A DNA stretch of 63,372 bases, filler included, from Globobulimina sp. (Eukaryota): the NCBI GenBank assembly GCA_003354225.1. It is 24 parts of 24 records of this genome, joined end to end, with 100 filler letters (N's around TTAATTAATTAA, not from the genome) between each part and the next. Parts side by side here need not be neighbours in the genome. Positions count along the whole stretch, not along the records: positions 21,166 to 23,710 come from PIVH01006074.1; positions 23,811 to 26,355 come from PIVH01006075.1; positions 26,456 to 29,000 come from PIVH01006076.1; positions 29,101 to 31,645 come from PIVH01006077.1; positions 31,746 to 34,290 come from PIVH01006078.1; 19 more parts are not named here. One strand, given 5' to 3'. A program made the translations under genes and the position numbers. Below the pieces are notes generated by a model that saw nothing but the letters and a program-made list of their open reading frames with translations, did not search any database and was not told where the DNA came from. This document shows, one piece after another, positions 21,337 through 34,390 of the stretch (position 1 is the stretch's first letter; the number at the start of each line of letters is the position of its first letter).

Positions 21337-22658
21337 TTAATTCACTTTCTTGGTTGTTGGACAACGTACAATTTTTAATTGCGAACTTGTTATTCGAGTG
21401 ATGCCATCCCAATGATCCCAATCATTCGTATCACAGTCATCAAAAATATTGGATATAAATGGAGTAGTCTCGGGAAGCGCCAATTTTTTAAATCCACACT
21501 GCCAAATTGCGTCACCAGTTTGGGCTGCATTATCCCAAATGCCCCACCCAACCAACTCATTACTTGAAGCTGTATATTGATACGGATAAATAAAACGCGT
21601 TCCGTCTAATTTCTCGTATTTTGGTCCAGTCCATATGCCAGATTCTTCGCGTTTATATTGATAAACACCATCAGACGCTGAGTTAGTTTCACTTTCCTTT
21701 TTATCTTCTACACAAATCGAATCTGTATAAACATCAGCACCACAATGAGTTGTTATCATATCCTCATCAAATTGCCCCGTAACACTACTTAGCCACTGCT
21801 CCAACGGACAGTCAGTAATTTCTGGCAACGAGTAATGGTCAAAGCCATCACCTAAATCACAGCTATACTCATATCCATTTGCCACATTCGTATCTGTGTC
21901 CATATAAACCTCAGCAAGGTCCGAGCCACCTAAAAAATAAATAAATTGAGCCGGATTACTGCTTACTTTCACCCAAACCACACCAGGAAAAAACTCAGCT
22001 TGCCACGAATGCTCCGTGGTCACTGTCTGGCCACTAAGCGAATGATAAGCACCCACAAAATCATACGAAGCGCCAGGAGCTGTGCTGACATATGAAACAC
22101 AAATGTCTTTGAGTTGGAGCTTCTTAACTTTTTGTACATTTGGCGCAGTTTTCCTAATCCGGAAGTCCTTATCCTTGGAACTGTCCGCCAGAAACCACCG
22201 CGCGTTTGCAGAGCGACAACTATGTCTCGTTCCGTCCGAATCTGAACTTCTGCTTCGTGCGGATCCTTTCGATGATCGCGAGTTCGAGAGCAATGCCCGT
22301 CGTCTGCTGCGAGCACGGAGCCGCTTTTGCTGTTACTGTGACTGCCAGAACTGGATGACGCATAGCCACACGATAATAGTGGATTAGTCGCCAAAGCGTA
22401 ATCACTACCAACCTGCCAGGAATCGGTCAAGCTGTCTTGTTCCACATTAATCACTTGATATAAATAGATGTTGGCATCTACGTGCTTGTAAATATACTGT
22501 CCTATGCCAGAAGCCTCATATAAAGCTCTATCGAATTGGTATAGTCCTGGGACAGTGGTAACTGATGATTCGATGTAGTAATCAGAGTTTCTGCTAAATG
22601 CTTTTGCGTTGGCTTTATATATGGAGAGAAAGCACAACATGTACAATAAAGCGAACAT
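21337..22658 (-). CDS. Secreted repeat-domain protein split by an apparent frameshift near 22320
   Basis: Signal peptide MFALLYMLCFLSIYKANA. ORFs 22020-22658 and 21337-22293 overlap and carry similar GxY...Y..YLY...W modules. Confidence 0.55.
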
Positions 22659-22725
22659 GGTGCGGTGTTAATTGGTTTAGTAAGTGGTTTTCCTTTGGTG
22701 TTTTATATAACTAACAAGCAGATCT

Positions 22726-23710
22726 ATGTTGAAGATACGCAATTCACTAACAAGCAGATCACAGAAATTGTTTCCAAACAAACAGGCCAATTCATACTCA
22801 GTGAAATGGAACAAAAAAAAGCAACCCACATTAACAATACCACCAAAAGTAATGATATTTGTACTGATATTGTTTATTGTAATTTTTATATTTATTAAAA
22901 TGAACAATAATAAACAAACAATTCCAATAAATCCACAACAATTAAACATTGCCATTGTGATTCTATTAACAAAAGATCCAGGAATCTCTGGTGGTTTCTT
23001 AGATGCAATCACATCTTTATCAATATCGATAAACGAAGCAAATTCATCACACAAACTGACCAAAATTGCATTAATTCATTCGGATGTAACACAATGTATT
23101 CCCGTATTGAAATATTTTAATTATAGCATATTGGCACGTGATTTACCAATAACTTTACAAGATATCGACAACAAAAACTATGCAAAAGAACTAAAAGATA
23201 GTGGTTGCTGTGGCATTTTAGAATTATTAAAATTGGAAGTTTGGACATTAAAGGAATATGATTTCATTTTAGCAATGGATGCGGATATGTTATTGCACCA
23301 AAATTTTGACAATTTATTTGCTGAAATGTCGTTAAACAATCTACGAAATGCAAATAAGTTACTTGGTGATGCCTATAATGGGAAATATTTAGGTTGGACT
23401 CATGGAGCCACAGCAGCTCAGAAACAGGAACTAATGAATGGCGGATTCTTAATTGTTAGACCAAATATGGAGCATTATAATGCAATGTATGCGTTGATTT
23501 TGGAGGGAGACTTCCGAGATGGCACAGCATGGAAAGGCAGCGGCATTGGATGGACTTATGGCGGCCGCACTATTCAAGGCATTGTGCCATATTATTATTT
23601 CGGAGTGCTAGGTAAAGGGAATCAGGACATTGAGTTTGATCGATGTGTTTATAATAATATGGTGGAAATGGAGAAATGTAGAAAATATAAATATCAGCAA
23701 ATTGTGAATA
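22726..23710 (+). CDS. Glycosyltransferase family 8, type II membrane protein, 3'-truncated
   Basis: N-terminal TM anchor, LKLEVWTLKEYDFILAMDADM (DxD motif), MNGGFLIVRP, TIQG. Confidence 0.85.
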
Positions 23711-23810
23711 NNNNNNNNNNNNNNNNNNNNNNNNNNNNNNNNNNNNNNNNNNNNTTAATTAATTAANNNNNNNNNNNNNNNNNNNNNNNNNNNNNNNNNN
23801 NNNNNNNNNN

Positions 23811-24525
23811 GCAATATCAATAATTTTGCATGAATTTTACTTTCTGAATGAATATCATAAATGTCATTCAAATGAGGAGTTTTTAACACAATATAACAAT
23901 AAAAGAGCGATAATGGGCCCAAACCTATGAACATAGCGACGAGCGACACAATAAAAGGTATGATATGGAAATCTGAAAAAACTACAAACATCGTAGGGAT
24001 AATGCATATAACACAGCCGCTAAAACACAAAAATCCAAACAATTTGTAATTATAAAATAGATTTCCATATTTTTTATTATTTGCAATGTACCAATTTTGT
24101 TGGCGTTTGATAGAAACGGCGTTTCGATTTATGATATATTGCCAGTCCATTTCGATTGTATAATATGTCCATTTGAATTTGAAATATATCATCCAATTTT
24201 TAATAATTAGAGAGAATAAAAGTAACCATGTTGAAGCCATCGCAAATGCACAGATTAACGCAAACATTTCATGATTTTCATATAAATGTATAAATGCAAA
24301 TGCTGTACAACAGAAAGATATCATTGCCATAATCAATGAGATATTTAATAAATAGAAGGATAAAATAGAGCGTTTTTGAATGTACATTTCCCTCCAAATC
24401 TTTTCTTTACAGAGTCTAATATTTGTGTAAACCGATAATATGATAATTATTGACCACACTGCATAGCAACATACTTCTACCACTGTCCAAAGCTTTGCTA
24501 TTTGTTTGGTGTTTGCTGTTGACAT
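23811..24525 (-). CDS. Multi-pass (7TM-like) membrane protein, possibly 7TM-RGS type, 3'-truncated
   Basis: Five hydrophobic helices, then KTPHLNDIYDIHSESK before the contig end. No RGS domain is visible. Confidence 0.55.
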
Positions 24526-24640
24526 TGTCGAGTGGTGTTCGTTTTTAATGGGTGGGAGGATAAAAATGACACGTTATATAATCTAAGTTTAAGTACAAGG
24601 ATAAAAATGTTTAAAGAGAAATAATTTTTTGTTTTGGAGC

Positions 24641-26355
24641 ATGTCAATGTTTGTAGACATTTTACGTAATTATTATATACTCGCATTAGTCAGTTCCGAT
24701 AACATATGGTATGAGTCAATGCAGGATGCCAATGGTTTATCGAATTGGGTTCAATCAGTATCACCTCCTCCAACAATCTTTGATTTCACAACAGGTGTAC
24801 AAACCGAGGGATGCCCAACCACACATTTTGGAGTAATAAGGAATGACTGTTGGCGAGTATGTGCTCCATATTCCTCCGTGTCAAGATCTGCAGCAACCAT
24901 CGGATACAAGGATATATCATTGACATTTGACATCGACCCCTGGTCTATGCTTAATCCAAACCAGCACTGTGATATAGAATGGAGCACTGATGCTATTAAT
25001 TGGAACTTACTCGATAGCTCAACGGGTGCTGCTCACCTCACGCAATCCACAGTTTATTTAGGCAATACATCCTGGCATATCAATACTGTTCATATCAGAG
25101 TTTATGTCAATTCCGCACCGCCATCCAATTCAGCCTCATGTTGTTATATATCACACTTTGCATTAAACGGCACATTAATGACTCCAGCAACAACACCGTA
25201 TACATCAACAACGATGTATGTATCAGCAACAAGCGCAACAACAGGTACCTCAACCTAATGTTTTTCACAAAATATAATACACAAAATATAATACACAAAA
25301 TATAATACACAAAATCTAATATACAAAATATAATATACAAAAGGAACCAATTTCTTCATTGACAAAGATTGGGTATTAAAGAAAGCATATCCTTGGCAGG
25401 TAAACCAATGCATTCAAACCGCTCCAGCTTTAACCAGTCTAGAATTTACATATTACCAATGCTCTCCTAACGGACAGCACGTAACAAAATATAAATGGTC
25501 AGATGGAAGCAAAATATATGTTAACTTTGATTGTGCAAATCTAGGCACAGCCGACGAGATAACATCATATAACAAAACTGAGTCTGACACATCGTGTGAT
25601 TTATATTACTTTGAATGTAATGGCAACGACGATTATACCACAGCCAATTTTTATTTATCACTCGATACGGCGTGTTCCAATCCGCAACCACTATTTACAA
25701 TCTCTGTCGCATCGAATGTATGTTATTGCGAGTCAGCTGCCGCGTCATTAATGTTACAATGCGATGCTACAGATGCCACTGTGTATAATTATAGTGGTAG
25801 CTCATGCGATGCCTCCTTAGCCCTCCCATCCCAACAATCATTGGGCAGAGCAGGTACGCCCACGTTCTTTATCACATATAATGTTATGTTTTATATTTGT
25901 GCTGAGATGGCTGAATGCATTATAGATTCCGTAATTGCTACAAACTCGCCCACTCCGCCATGGCCAACACACTTTTCATTAAACGACACATCAATGACTC
26001 CAACTACAACACCGTACACATCAGCAACAACACCATACACATCAGCAACAACACCACCACCTTCACTATTGAACCTGTTGCAGCCAACCCCCAGCAACCA
26101 ACAAAGTGTCGATTCAATGAGCAGTACTTTGTCGCAGGTATTGGAGCCAGAAGAGGATGATGTTGGTAATGGCAATTATGGCATATGGGATATAAAAAAT
26201 ATAATGGATGATGGATTAATTTATGTTATTATTGGAGCTGCTGTATTGTTGTTGATTTGCTGTGGAATAATGTTAATATTTTGTCGCAGAAGGAAGAAAA
26301 TTAAACAAGTGCACAAATTTGTTCATCAATCATTGACTATGAAGCATGTACAGAA
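24641..26355 (+). CDS. Cys-rich type I surface protein, 3'-truncated; intron 25245-25343
   Basis: Removing a 99-nt GT-AG intron that contains the stop gives a continuous frame through two Cys-rich domains, a PT stalk, TM LIYVIIGAAVLLLICCGIMLIFC and RRRKK. Confidence 0.75.
25266..25340. repeat. 14-bp minisatellite (CACAAAATATAATA) x5 inside an intron
   Basis: Directly visible tandem array. Confidence 0.9.
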
Positions 26356-26462
26356 NNNNNNNNNNNNNNNNNNNNNNNNNNNNNNNNNNNNNNNNNNNNT
26401 TAATTAATTAANNNNNNNNNNNNNNNNNNNNNNNNNNNNNNNNNNNNNNNNNNNNTAAAGAT

Positions 26463-28244
26463 ATGATGGTCAGTAATAAGATATTATTTTTATGGGAAAT
26501 GATCTTCCGATGTATGCCCGCCTTAATCCTACAATTTTATATCTTGTTACTTGAAGCAGAGGAAAAGGAATACGACATTTCCATATTATTAACCATAGCA
26601 GCCAGCGGTTTATCTGTTTCATTCACTATCTTACGGATATTATATGGCGATCATCACAGCATGACAAGAGAGGAAGATATGAACTTATTAAAATTGAAAA
26701 CCATCGACAGAGACAACGACGATGACCCAGCAATGGAAAATATGTTCAAACATCCAAACGTATTATCTTTATTAATGAGCGGATACACTCCAAATAACAT
26801 CGATAATGCTTTCGTGCAAATCAAACAAATCGAGGAATATAAGTATGTGACATTGGATCATCCACAGTTTCAAGAGATTATCATGCAACAATTAGACAAA
26901 CAGGAGCAGCCTGAATATGGTCAGCAGGGCATTCCAATCGAACCAGCCAGCCCAGCCATGCAAGCTCCAAAACCTATGCCAATGATAAATAACAACCAAC
27001 AGCAAATCTCTATGACATTTACTATAAATGGGCAACAGCAGCAAATGCAATCAGCGCAGCAATATGCTCCAACTCAACCAATGCAGTGGCAAATGCAACC
27101 ACAGCAACCGCAGCAAATTCCGTTACAGATACCGCGGCAAATGCCGCTACAAACAGCACAGCCAAATGTACAGCGGCAACGGCCGAAAATGGAGAAATTG
27201 CCGCAAGAAAGCATTGAAGAGCACGCCGAGGAGCAAGATTTTGATACAATGAGTGATGTTGATTCGTTGGCATTGACTATGAGCAGCGAAGTTAGCTATA
27301 AACAAAAGAAGAATCGCATCAATTGGACGCATCCATATATCATTCATTTAAAAGATTTGGGTTGGAGCAAAAGGCAAATCCAAAGCGCTTATTTTGTATT
27401 TAAAAACAGCAACGATATCGATAGTGAACGGTCGAACATAAAAATGGATAATGTCAAGTTCTTAGCATTTATGATTAATATTTTAGTGTCAGATTTGAAA
27501 CAAACGCCAGAGAATGAACAAAGGGATTTTAGTACAACTTCAGAATGCATTGATAAAATGTATCAGAATTTTGTGTGTTGTCTATGTTGTCGAATATTGA
27601 CCAAAATTAATGAGGATAATGCTTGCTGCTGTTGCTGCTGCACAATGTTTAATGTTGTCAATAACAATAAGAATGCGAATAATTTTACTGTGAGAGACAA
27701 TATTTTCTATTTGGGAATGTATTTGTTTTTAATCACAGATTTTTATTGTCGAATATTTCCATTATTGGCATATACTGTTTTGTTGCATAACTATTTAGAA
27801 TCATTGACTTCGTTTGCTTTGCTAAATGTATTTATCGGCGTATGTCCTATGGCCATTGCAATTGGATTATTTGAGTTGATTACATATTATATCATGTTGA
27901 AAAAAGCCAATACTTCGTTAAAAGCAGCAATCAAATATTTCTGGACTGGATATTTTACGATTTCTTATTATTTGTTGAGTACAATGCATTTAACCTATTT
28001 GGCCTCAAATGTGAATTTTACAAAATTATATCGTTCACATTTGGTTCGAATGTTGATACAAGTTTTAATGTTATGTATTGTGATTGGAATGCAATATATT
28101 TTATTTGATCATCCATTTGGTTTTTTTGAACGAAGTGTGTTCCTATTTGTATTTAATTGGGTATTAAATATATGGATTTTCATTTGGATGAAGTGTTATA
28201 TGCTTACTTTTCAGAGTAAGATTGTCGATAAAACAGATGATTAA
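26463..28244 (+). CDS. XK-related (Xkr-like) multi-pass membrane protein with large Gln/Pro-rich insertion, probably 5'-truncated
   Basis: EMIFRCMPALILQFYILL and IAASGLSVSF resemble XK family helices; FLITDFYCRIFP and further TM helices follow a ~340-aa loop. Confidence 0.55.
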   Translation: MMVSNKILFLWEMIFRCMPALILQFYILLLEAEEKEYDISILLTIAASGLSVSFTILRILYGDHHSMTREEDMNLLKLKTIDRDNDDDPAMENMFKHPNVLSLLMSGYTPNNIDNAFVQIKQIEEYKYVTLDHPQFQEIIMQQLDKQEQPEYGQQGIPIEPASPAMQAPKPMPMINNNQQQISMTFTINGQQQQMQSAQQYAPTQPMQWQMQPQQPQQIPLQIPRQMPLQTAQPNVQRQRPKMEKLPQESIEEHAEEQDFDTMSDVDSLALTMSSEVSYKQKKNRINWTHPYIIHLKDLGWSKRQIQSAYFVFKNSNDIDSERSNIKMDNVKFLAFMINILVSDLKQTPENEQRDFSTTSECIDKMYQNFVCCLCCRILTKINEDNACCCCCCTMFNVVNNNKNANNFTVRDNIFYLGMYLFLITDFYCRIFPLLAYTVLLHNYLESLTSFALLNVFIGVCPMAIAIGLFELITYYIMLKKANTSLKAAIKYFWTGYFTISYYLLSTMHLTYLASNVNFTKLYRSHLVRMLIQVLMLCIVIGMQYILFDHPFGFFERSVFLFVFNWVLNIWIFIWMKCYMLTFQSKIVDKTDD

Positions 28245-28416
28245 ACTGCTTTTGTGTCTTGCTGTAAATACCGGTTAATGACTTTGTCTGCTTTCAGTTT
28301 TTTTAATTGTATTACGTTTCTGCTGTGTATCATGGAAAAAATAATAATAAAAAAATTAAGAAAGTGCGACTAAGCTAATTCGAACATATTACCGTGACAT
28401 ATATGAAAAAAAGAAA

Positions 28417-29000
28417 TCATTCCCAACCCCACCAACTTGATTGATTTTTGAGTTTACTATTTTGTATTTGTTGTTTTTGTTCGTCGTCAAATTTTAATAA
28501 AGCACAAACGACAGAGCTCAATTCATCGATACTTATTTTGCCATTAAAATAGTTTAATAATATATTTTTCAATAAGTCCGCATTATGTTTATCCAAATTA
28601 ATATTCGCTTTGGTTTCCAAATCATTCTCATTCACTTCATATTTACTCTCAAATTCATTATTCACTTCTTTCAATGATATAATTTGTTTGGATAATTTTA
28701 CAATTTCCATCTCATTTTGTTCCAATTCTATTTGCAAATTACTCTGTTTCTCTTCATCTTCGTTCATTTTGTTTTGTAAATCTTGTTTTTCGATTAATAA
28801 CTTTTTATATTTTGCGTCAATTTTATTCTTTTCATCCAGTTGCTTTTTTGCATTATTTTTATGTTTATTTACCACTCCTTTTGCTTTTTCTTTGTATTTA
28901 ATTAATGTACTTTTATTTTCTTGTTTCATTTCCTTTATTTTCTTCTTATATTTTTCCAACTTTTCAATTGCAACCAAATCATTATTTTCTTTGAAATTAT
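28417..29000 (-). CDS. Coiled-coil golgin C-terminus with GRIP domain
   Basis: Coiled coil, then LLKNILLNYF...VVCALLKFDDEQKQQI...SSWWGW. Confidence 0.75.
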
Positions 29001-29169
29001 NNNNNNNNNNNNNNNNNNNNNNNNNNNNNNNNNNNNNNNNNNNNTTAATTAATTAANNNNNNNNNNNNNNNNNNNNNNNNNNNNNNNNNNNNNNNNNNNN
29101 TTCTTTGAATTTGAATCATAGGCTTTGTCCGATTGTTGTTTCTGAAATACATCCTACTGTGATTCCTAA

Positions 29170-29887
29170 ATGTTACCAAAGAAATTATCATCACAGAATG
29201 ATTCAGATGATTTTGCGATAATTGATCATGTTTCGATATCGAATGATTTTGAACATCTCACCATAGACAATTTATCAAATTTTTCGAATACAAATGATGA
29301 ACGACATGAATTTGATATAATTAATGTGCCATCAAACAATATCGGTGTTAATAAACAACCACAACAGCCATTACAACTAATAAGTGTTAAATGCGGACAC
29401 ATTGCAACCAAAACAACATCAGATTCACCAAAATCTAATTCCTCCACAAATGGTAATCTATTAATATATTTTTGTATTTTTGTTTTGTATTTTTTGTACC
29501 CAAACAGCAACAATGGAGGATATAATTAATTTGACGGAACCGTTAAATTCTGCGACAGGGCCAAGTGCATCAAATGAATCATCATTAAGTCCGCTAAGCG
29601 AAGAAAGTAAATCATTGATTATAAGAACAAAGATTGATAGCAACAAAGATAAATATCGTGAACGTGAATATGAGATATTTATTTCGGATAAGTCTGTGAA
29701 TGCAGGTTGTATCGGATGGTTTTGTCTTCGTTGGGACTCAATGCAAAATAATGTTAAAAATACAAATTTTTTGGATAATGCAACGTGCATTGATATCGGT
29801 AGCATCGCTAATGTTGTTAATGATTATATGGATAAATGCTTTGGTGCTGATCAATTTCATTCAAATAAATCATTGGAAAAAATATAG
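29170..29887 (+). CDS. Hypothetical low-complexity protein; intron 29453-29507
   Basis: A 55-nt GT-AG intron joins ORFs 29170 and 29480 in frame. Confidence 0.55.
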
Positions 29888-30376
29888 ATTGTTTTTGGAT
29901 TTTCTTTGTCTGTTTGTCGCATTTTGTTTATTGATTATTATTGATAATTTTTGAAAATATTGATTTAAAATCTTTTGTTAAAAATACATTTTCGTTTTGT
30001 TGTTTTTTTGTATGAAATATTTCAAGTATCTTTGATTTGAAAATAAGAATGTTTATTTATGGTTTGTTTTGTTTAAATAATATGATCAAATGTACTTTGT
30101 TTTCATTTGTTGTGTCGTGTTTTTGTTGTAATATTTTTGTGATGTTAAAAATTATTAAAATTTGAATTTTAAATCACTTTCAATATAATGATCATGATTT
30201 ATTAAATCGACAAACACATAACGTTACACCTTTGATTTTTAAGCTTTTCGCAAATTTGAAAAGTAGCAAGTTTTTTTGTGCTAGCTTGCCCATTGGAGTT
30301 AGCTAACCATCGGATCACACAAAAGCAAAAATCAACCCAAATAATACCAAATTACCACTATATCCAAGCTATAATA

Positions 30377-31593
30377 ATGGGATGTTGTTCAGGATGTGAA
30401 ACCTCACCAGACCGTTTAATGGACATTGAAGTACAAAAAGAAATCAGTGGAGATCGAGAGCGAGCCTCCAAAATCCAGAAATTATTATTTTTAGGGAGTG
30501 GTGGTTCTGGCAAATCTACATTTTTCAAGCAATTACGTTGCATTCACGGTTCGGGCTTTAGTGACAAAGATCGCCGCGTCTTTAAAGAACATATATCCGC
30601 TCAAATCATCGAGCAAATCAATCATTGCGTTGACTGTATACCATCTTATAATGAACGACTACCGCCAGATTTTGAGCCATTGCGATTGTCCACAGAAGGT
30701 ATCTGCCAATATATGCTATTTACATGTCATCATTACGCAAATTCGCAACACAAATAACAGGGCAAGACGCCGCCATAAAGATGGAAAATATTGGCCCAGA
30801 ATGTTTAGTAAACGCAGAAATCGCGCAATTTATTTCCATATTATGGAACGAAGCGGCGGTCCAAGAGATTTATAACAACCGCGCCATCTATCACATCGAC
30901 GATAGTTCGGCCTACTTTTTCCAGTCTGTGCTCCGCATCGGCGACATCGACAGCTATTTACCCACAGATATGGACATCTTGTATGTACGGTATAGGACCA
31001 CGGGCGTCATCGAGAGCAAATTTAGCATTTTGGGCAGTAATTTCCATATCTTTGACGTTGGCGGACAACAAAGTGAGCGCAAGAAATGGATCCATTGCTT
31101 TGAGAATGTGACTGCGGTCATTTTCGTGGCCTCCTTGTCGTGTTATGACGAGTTAATGTTCGAAGACGACACTCTGAACTGTATGGTGGATTCGTTGCAA
31201 TTATTCAAAGAGATCTGTAATTTACAGTGGTTTGTCACCACTCCGATCATATTATTCCTAAACAAAAAGGACTTATTCGAGAAGAAGATACATATCATAC
31301 CGCTCTCAGTGTGTTTTAGTGAGTATGACAAACAGCCACCGCAAGAAAACTCGCAATCTTACTCTCAAACCGGCCATCCTTTGTTGCAGGAGCAAAAAAC
31401 GCAGTATATGGAGGATTCGAGGAATTATATTAAAGCCAAGTTTGTGTCGTATAATAATATCAATAATGCCAAACAAAGGCAGATTTATGTACATATCACG
31501 TGCGCCACGGATAAAAATAATGTGCAAAATGTATTTAATGACGTTCAGCAAATTGTGGTCCAGGCCGGTTTGGAAAGAAATAATTTAATTTAG
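30377..31593 (+). CDS. Heterotrimeric G-protein alpha subunit; intron 30699-30760
   Basis: MGCC acylation motif, GSGGSGKST, RYRTTG, DVGGQ, FLNKKD, TCATD. Confidence 0.97.
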
Positions 31594-31745
31594 TGTTAGA
31601 GCTTTCTTATATATCTTTTTTATGCTTTTTGGATTGTAAATTTTGNNNNNNNNNNNNNNNNNNNNNNNNNNNNNNNNNNNNNNNNNNNNTTAATTAATTA
31701 ANNNNNNNNNNNNNNNNNNNNNNNNNNNNNNNNNNNNNNNNNNNN

Positions 31746-33200
31746 AAGTCTTTTCCCTTCAAATCCACCCACATCGGTTGCGAGCATATTTTTTTGCTCA
31801 TTTCGGTAATGGGCTCGCTGTGTAAGGTGGCACTGAATAACATCACCTGTACACCAGCCGGTAGCCGCGAGTACATCGCCAAGACATCACTTTGATTTCC
31901 CTGCTTGGGATCTAAAACACGGTCCGCTTCGTCCAAGATAAAGAAACGACAGCACGACAAGGTCAACTTGCCGCTTTTGATCAAACCAATCACAGAACCC
32001 ATACTACCGACGATTATGTGCGATTTGATCACCTCACTCATCATTTTGGAGACGCCGCCAATGCATAGACACGACGCGATGGCGGGTTCTTTGCAAAACG
32101 TTTTCAGCGTATTAAAATCGGCATGGATTTGCGTGGCTAAATCTCGCGTCGGCGCCAAGATGACGGCTAACGGCCGCGATATGTTTTTGTTATTACGGTT
32201 TTGGCGGTGTTCACTCTCTGCAGCTAATTCGCGAATATATGCGCTGGAATCCTTCCAATTTGCGGATTGAATGCCGGCAAAACCGGGACGTAATTTATTG
32301 CAGTTAAAGGGTGCTGCGCCAAAATTAAATTTAACTGAGCCATCTTTAATGACTACGCAGGGATATATTGCTGAATTGCGCGCAGTGGCGATGTTATCGA
32401 ATGCGACGCCTAAATATTGCCCATTTACTGAATAGGATATTTCTCTGCGGTCAAAATCAATATAACAGCCCACAAAATCGCCATCACCAAAGCTGCCGCG
32501 ATGACGTTGAGTACCTCCATATTCTACAAAATTCGAGTTGTGCGCTTTTTTGCCAGTATAGCCATAGCCCCACGATTGCGCATCGATGCCACAGCCATAA
32601 CCGGCTGCAGTCGTACACCAACCGACACGAACACCGCCAGAAAGAATGTTTACTTCATAGTAATATTTGCCTGAACACACCCCGACATTTGCTCTGCCAC
32701 CTTGCCATGCGGTGGAAGTGGAGGAACCTTTCAAACCATCGGCGATGAATAAGGGATCACGGGTGTCGTGCGCCAATTTTATGGGTTTGATACTCCCGCT
32801 CGACAAACTAGCTTGCTTTGAATGGGAGGCTCCTGAGCCTGCCTCACCGCGTAAGGTTTCATAGATGGTTTGGATGATTGGAATGGCAAATGCTGCGGTT
32901 TTACCACTGCCGGTTTCTGCCGCCACCATTACATCACCGCCGCCTAATATTAATGGGATGGCTTCGTCTTGAACGGGTGTTGGTAATCTAGTTATTTTAT
33001 ATTTTATTATCAAGCGGTATCCTTACACATAGAATTAAGTTGTATATTGGATACAACTAAACAGCCAATCAAGCTTTTGTATCGCTTTTATTATCTCTGG
33101 GATTACGCCTAATCGTTCGAATGATGACTGTTAGCATAATGAATATATGAAAATTTATTGTAGTGTGATTGGAAATGTATATTGTAACTCAACATACCAT
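31746..33200 (-). CDS. DDX1: DEAD-box helicase DDX1 (SPRY insertion), 3'-truncated; introns 33128-33197 and 32988-33062
   Basis: Spliced N-terminus [29 protein letters not shown], then [16 protein letters not shown], a SPRY domain, LDEAD, SATLH and WVDLKGKD. Confidence 0.95.
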
Positions 33201-33318
33201 GCTTTCGAATTACATGCGAAATGTGAAATGTGAAGTGAAAACTCTTTAAAAAAAATCTCATAAATAAAATAAATCAAGTAATTGTAGTTTATTTAATATA
33301 GGACACAAAGTACATTAA

Positions 33319-34290
33319 TCAAGAAGTACACTTTACAACCATTTTACCAGTGTTTTTCCCAGTAAATAATCCAATAAATGCATCGGGTGTGTTTTCAAAA
33401 CCATCAACCACCGTTTCCCTTATTTTAATTTTTCCCGTCGATATCCATTTACCCATATCATAATAAAATTTTTTACTATTTTTAAATGATCCTTGTATCA
33501 ATCCTCGAACATCAATTTCTTTATATATCAATTTGCTTAAAAATGGACGTATTTTGGTTGGATTATGTGCGTCATCATTATATGTTGATATTTGTCCACA
33601 AATCAAAACCCGCGATCTAGTATTCATAACATCCCATACTGACTCAGTAAATACTCCACCAACATTATCAAAAAATAAATCAATGCCTTTCGGGAATTTT
33701 GACTTTAATATTTCTTGCGCTTCATTGAACTCTCCATATTTCTTATAATTTATAGCTCCATCAAAGCCTAATTCCTCTGTCAACCATTTTATTTTCTCCT
33801 CACTGCCGGCAATGCCGATGACATAACAACCAAATATATGTTTGGCAATTTGGCCGCAAAGTGAACCAACGGCACCGGCGGCACCCGAAATTAACACACT
33901 TTCTCCCTTTTTAAGTTGGCCGCGTACTATCTGTATATATTAAATGATAATAATTAAATAACTAAATAGAAACATATAAATACCATGCCATAATAGGCGG
34001 TTTTTCCCGGCATTCCCATCGAACCCACATAATATGAATGAGGTATTTTACTGAGGTCTGTTGTATCAAATTTTTCTTCGTCATTGAAATCAGGATTATA
34101 ATCTTTATCCTCTTTCGGTTTATAATCAGTTAAATTTGGCGGTATTTTTGACATCACTGTTTTTGAATTAATTATGTTTTTTGTCGACCATGGAAACACA
34201 CCGTAAATATAATCACCTTTTGAATAATTCGAGTCTGTTGACGCCAATACCTTTGAAACAGAAAATGATTGCATTTGTTTGGTTGGAGTG
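33319..34290 (-). CDS. NADP-dependent alkenal/prostaglandin reductase (MDR family), 5'-truncated; intron 33931-33983
   Basis: GMPGKTAYYG, VLISGAAGAVGS, FDNVGG, CGQISTYN, GKNTGKMVV. Confidence 0.92.
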
Positions 34291-34390
34291 NNNNNNNNNN
34301 NNNNNNNNNNNNNNNNNNNNNNNNNNNNNNNNNNTTAATTAATTAANNNNNNNNNNNNNNNNNNNNNNNNNNNNNNNNNNNNNNNNNNNN

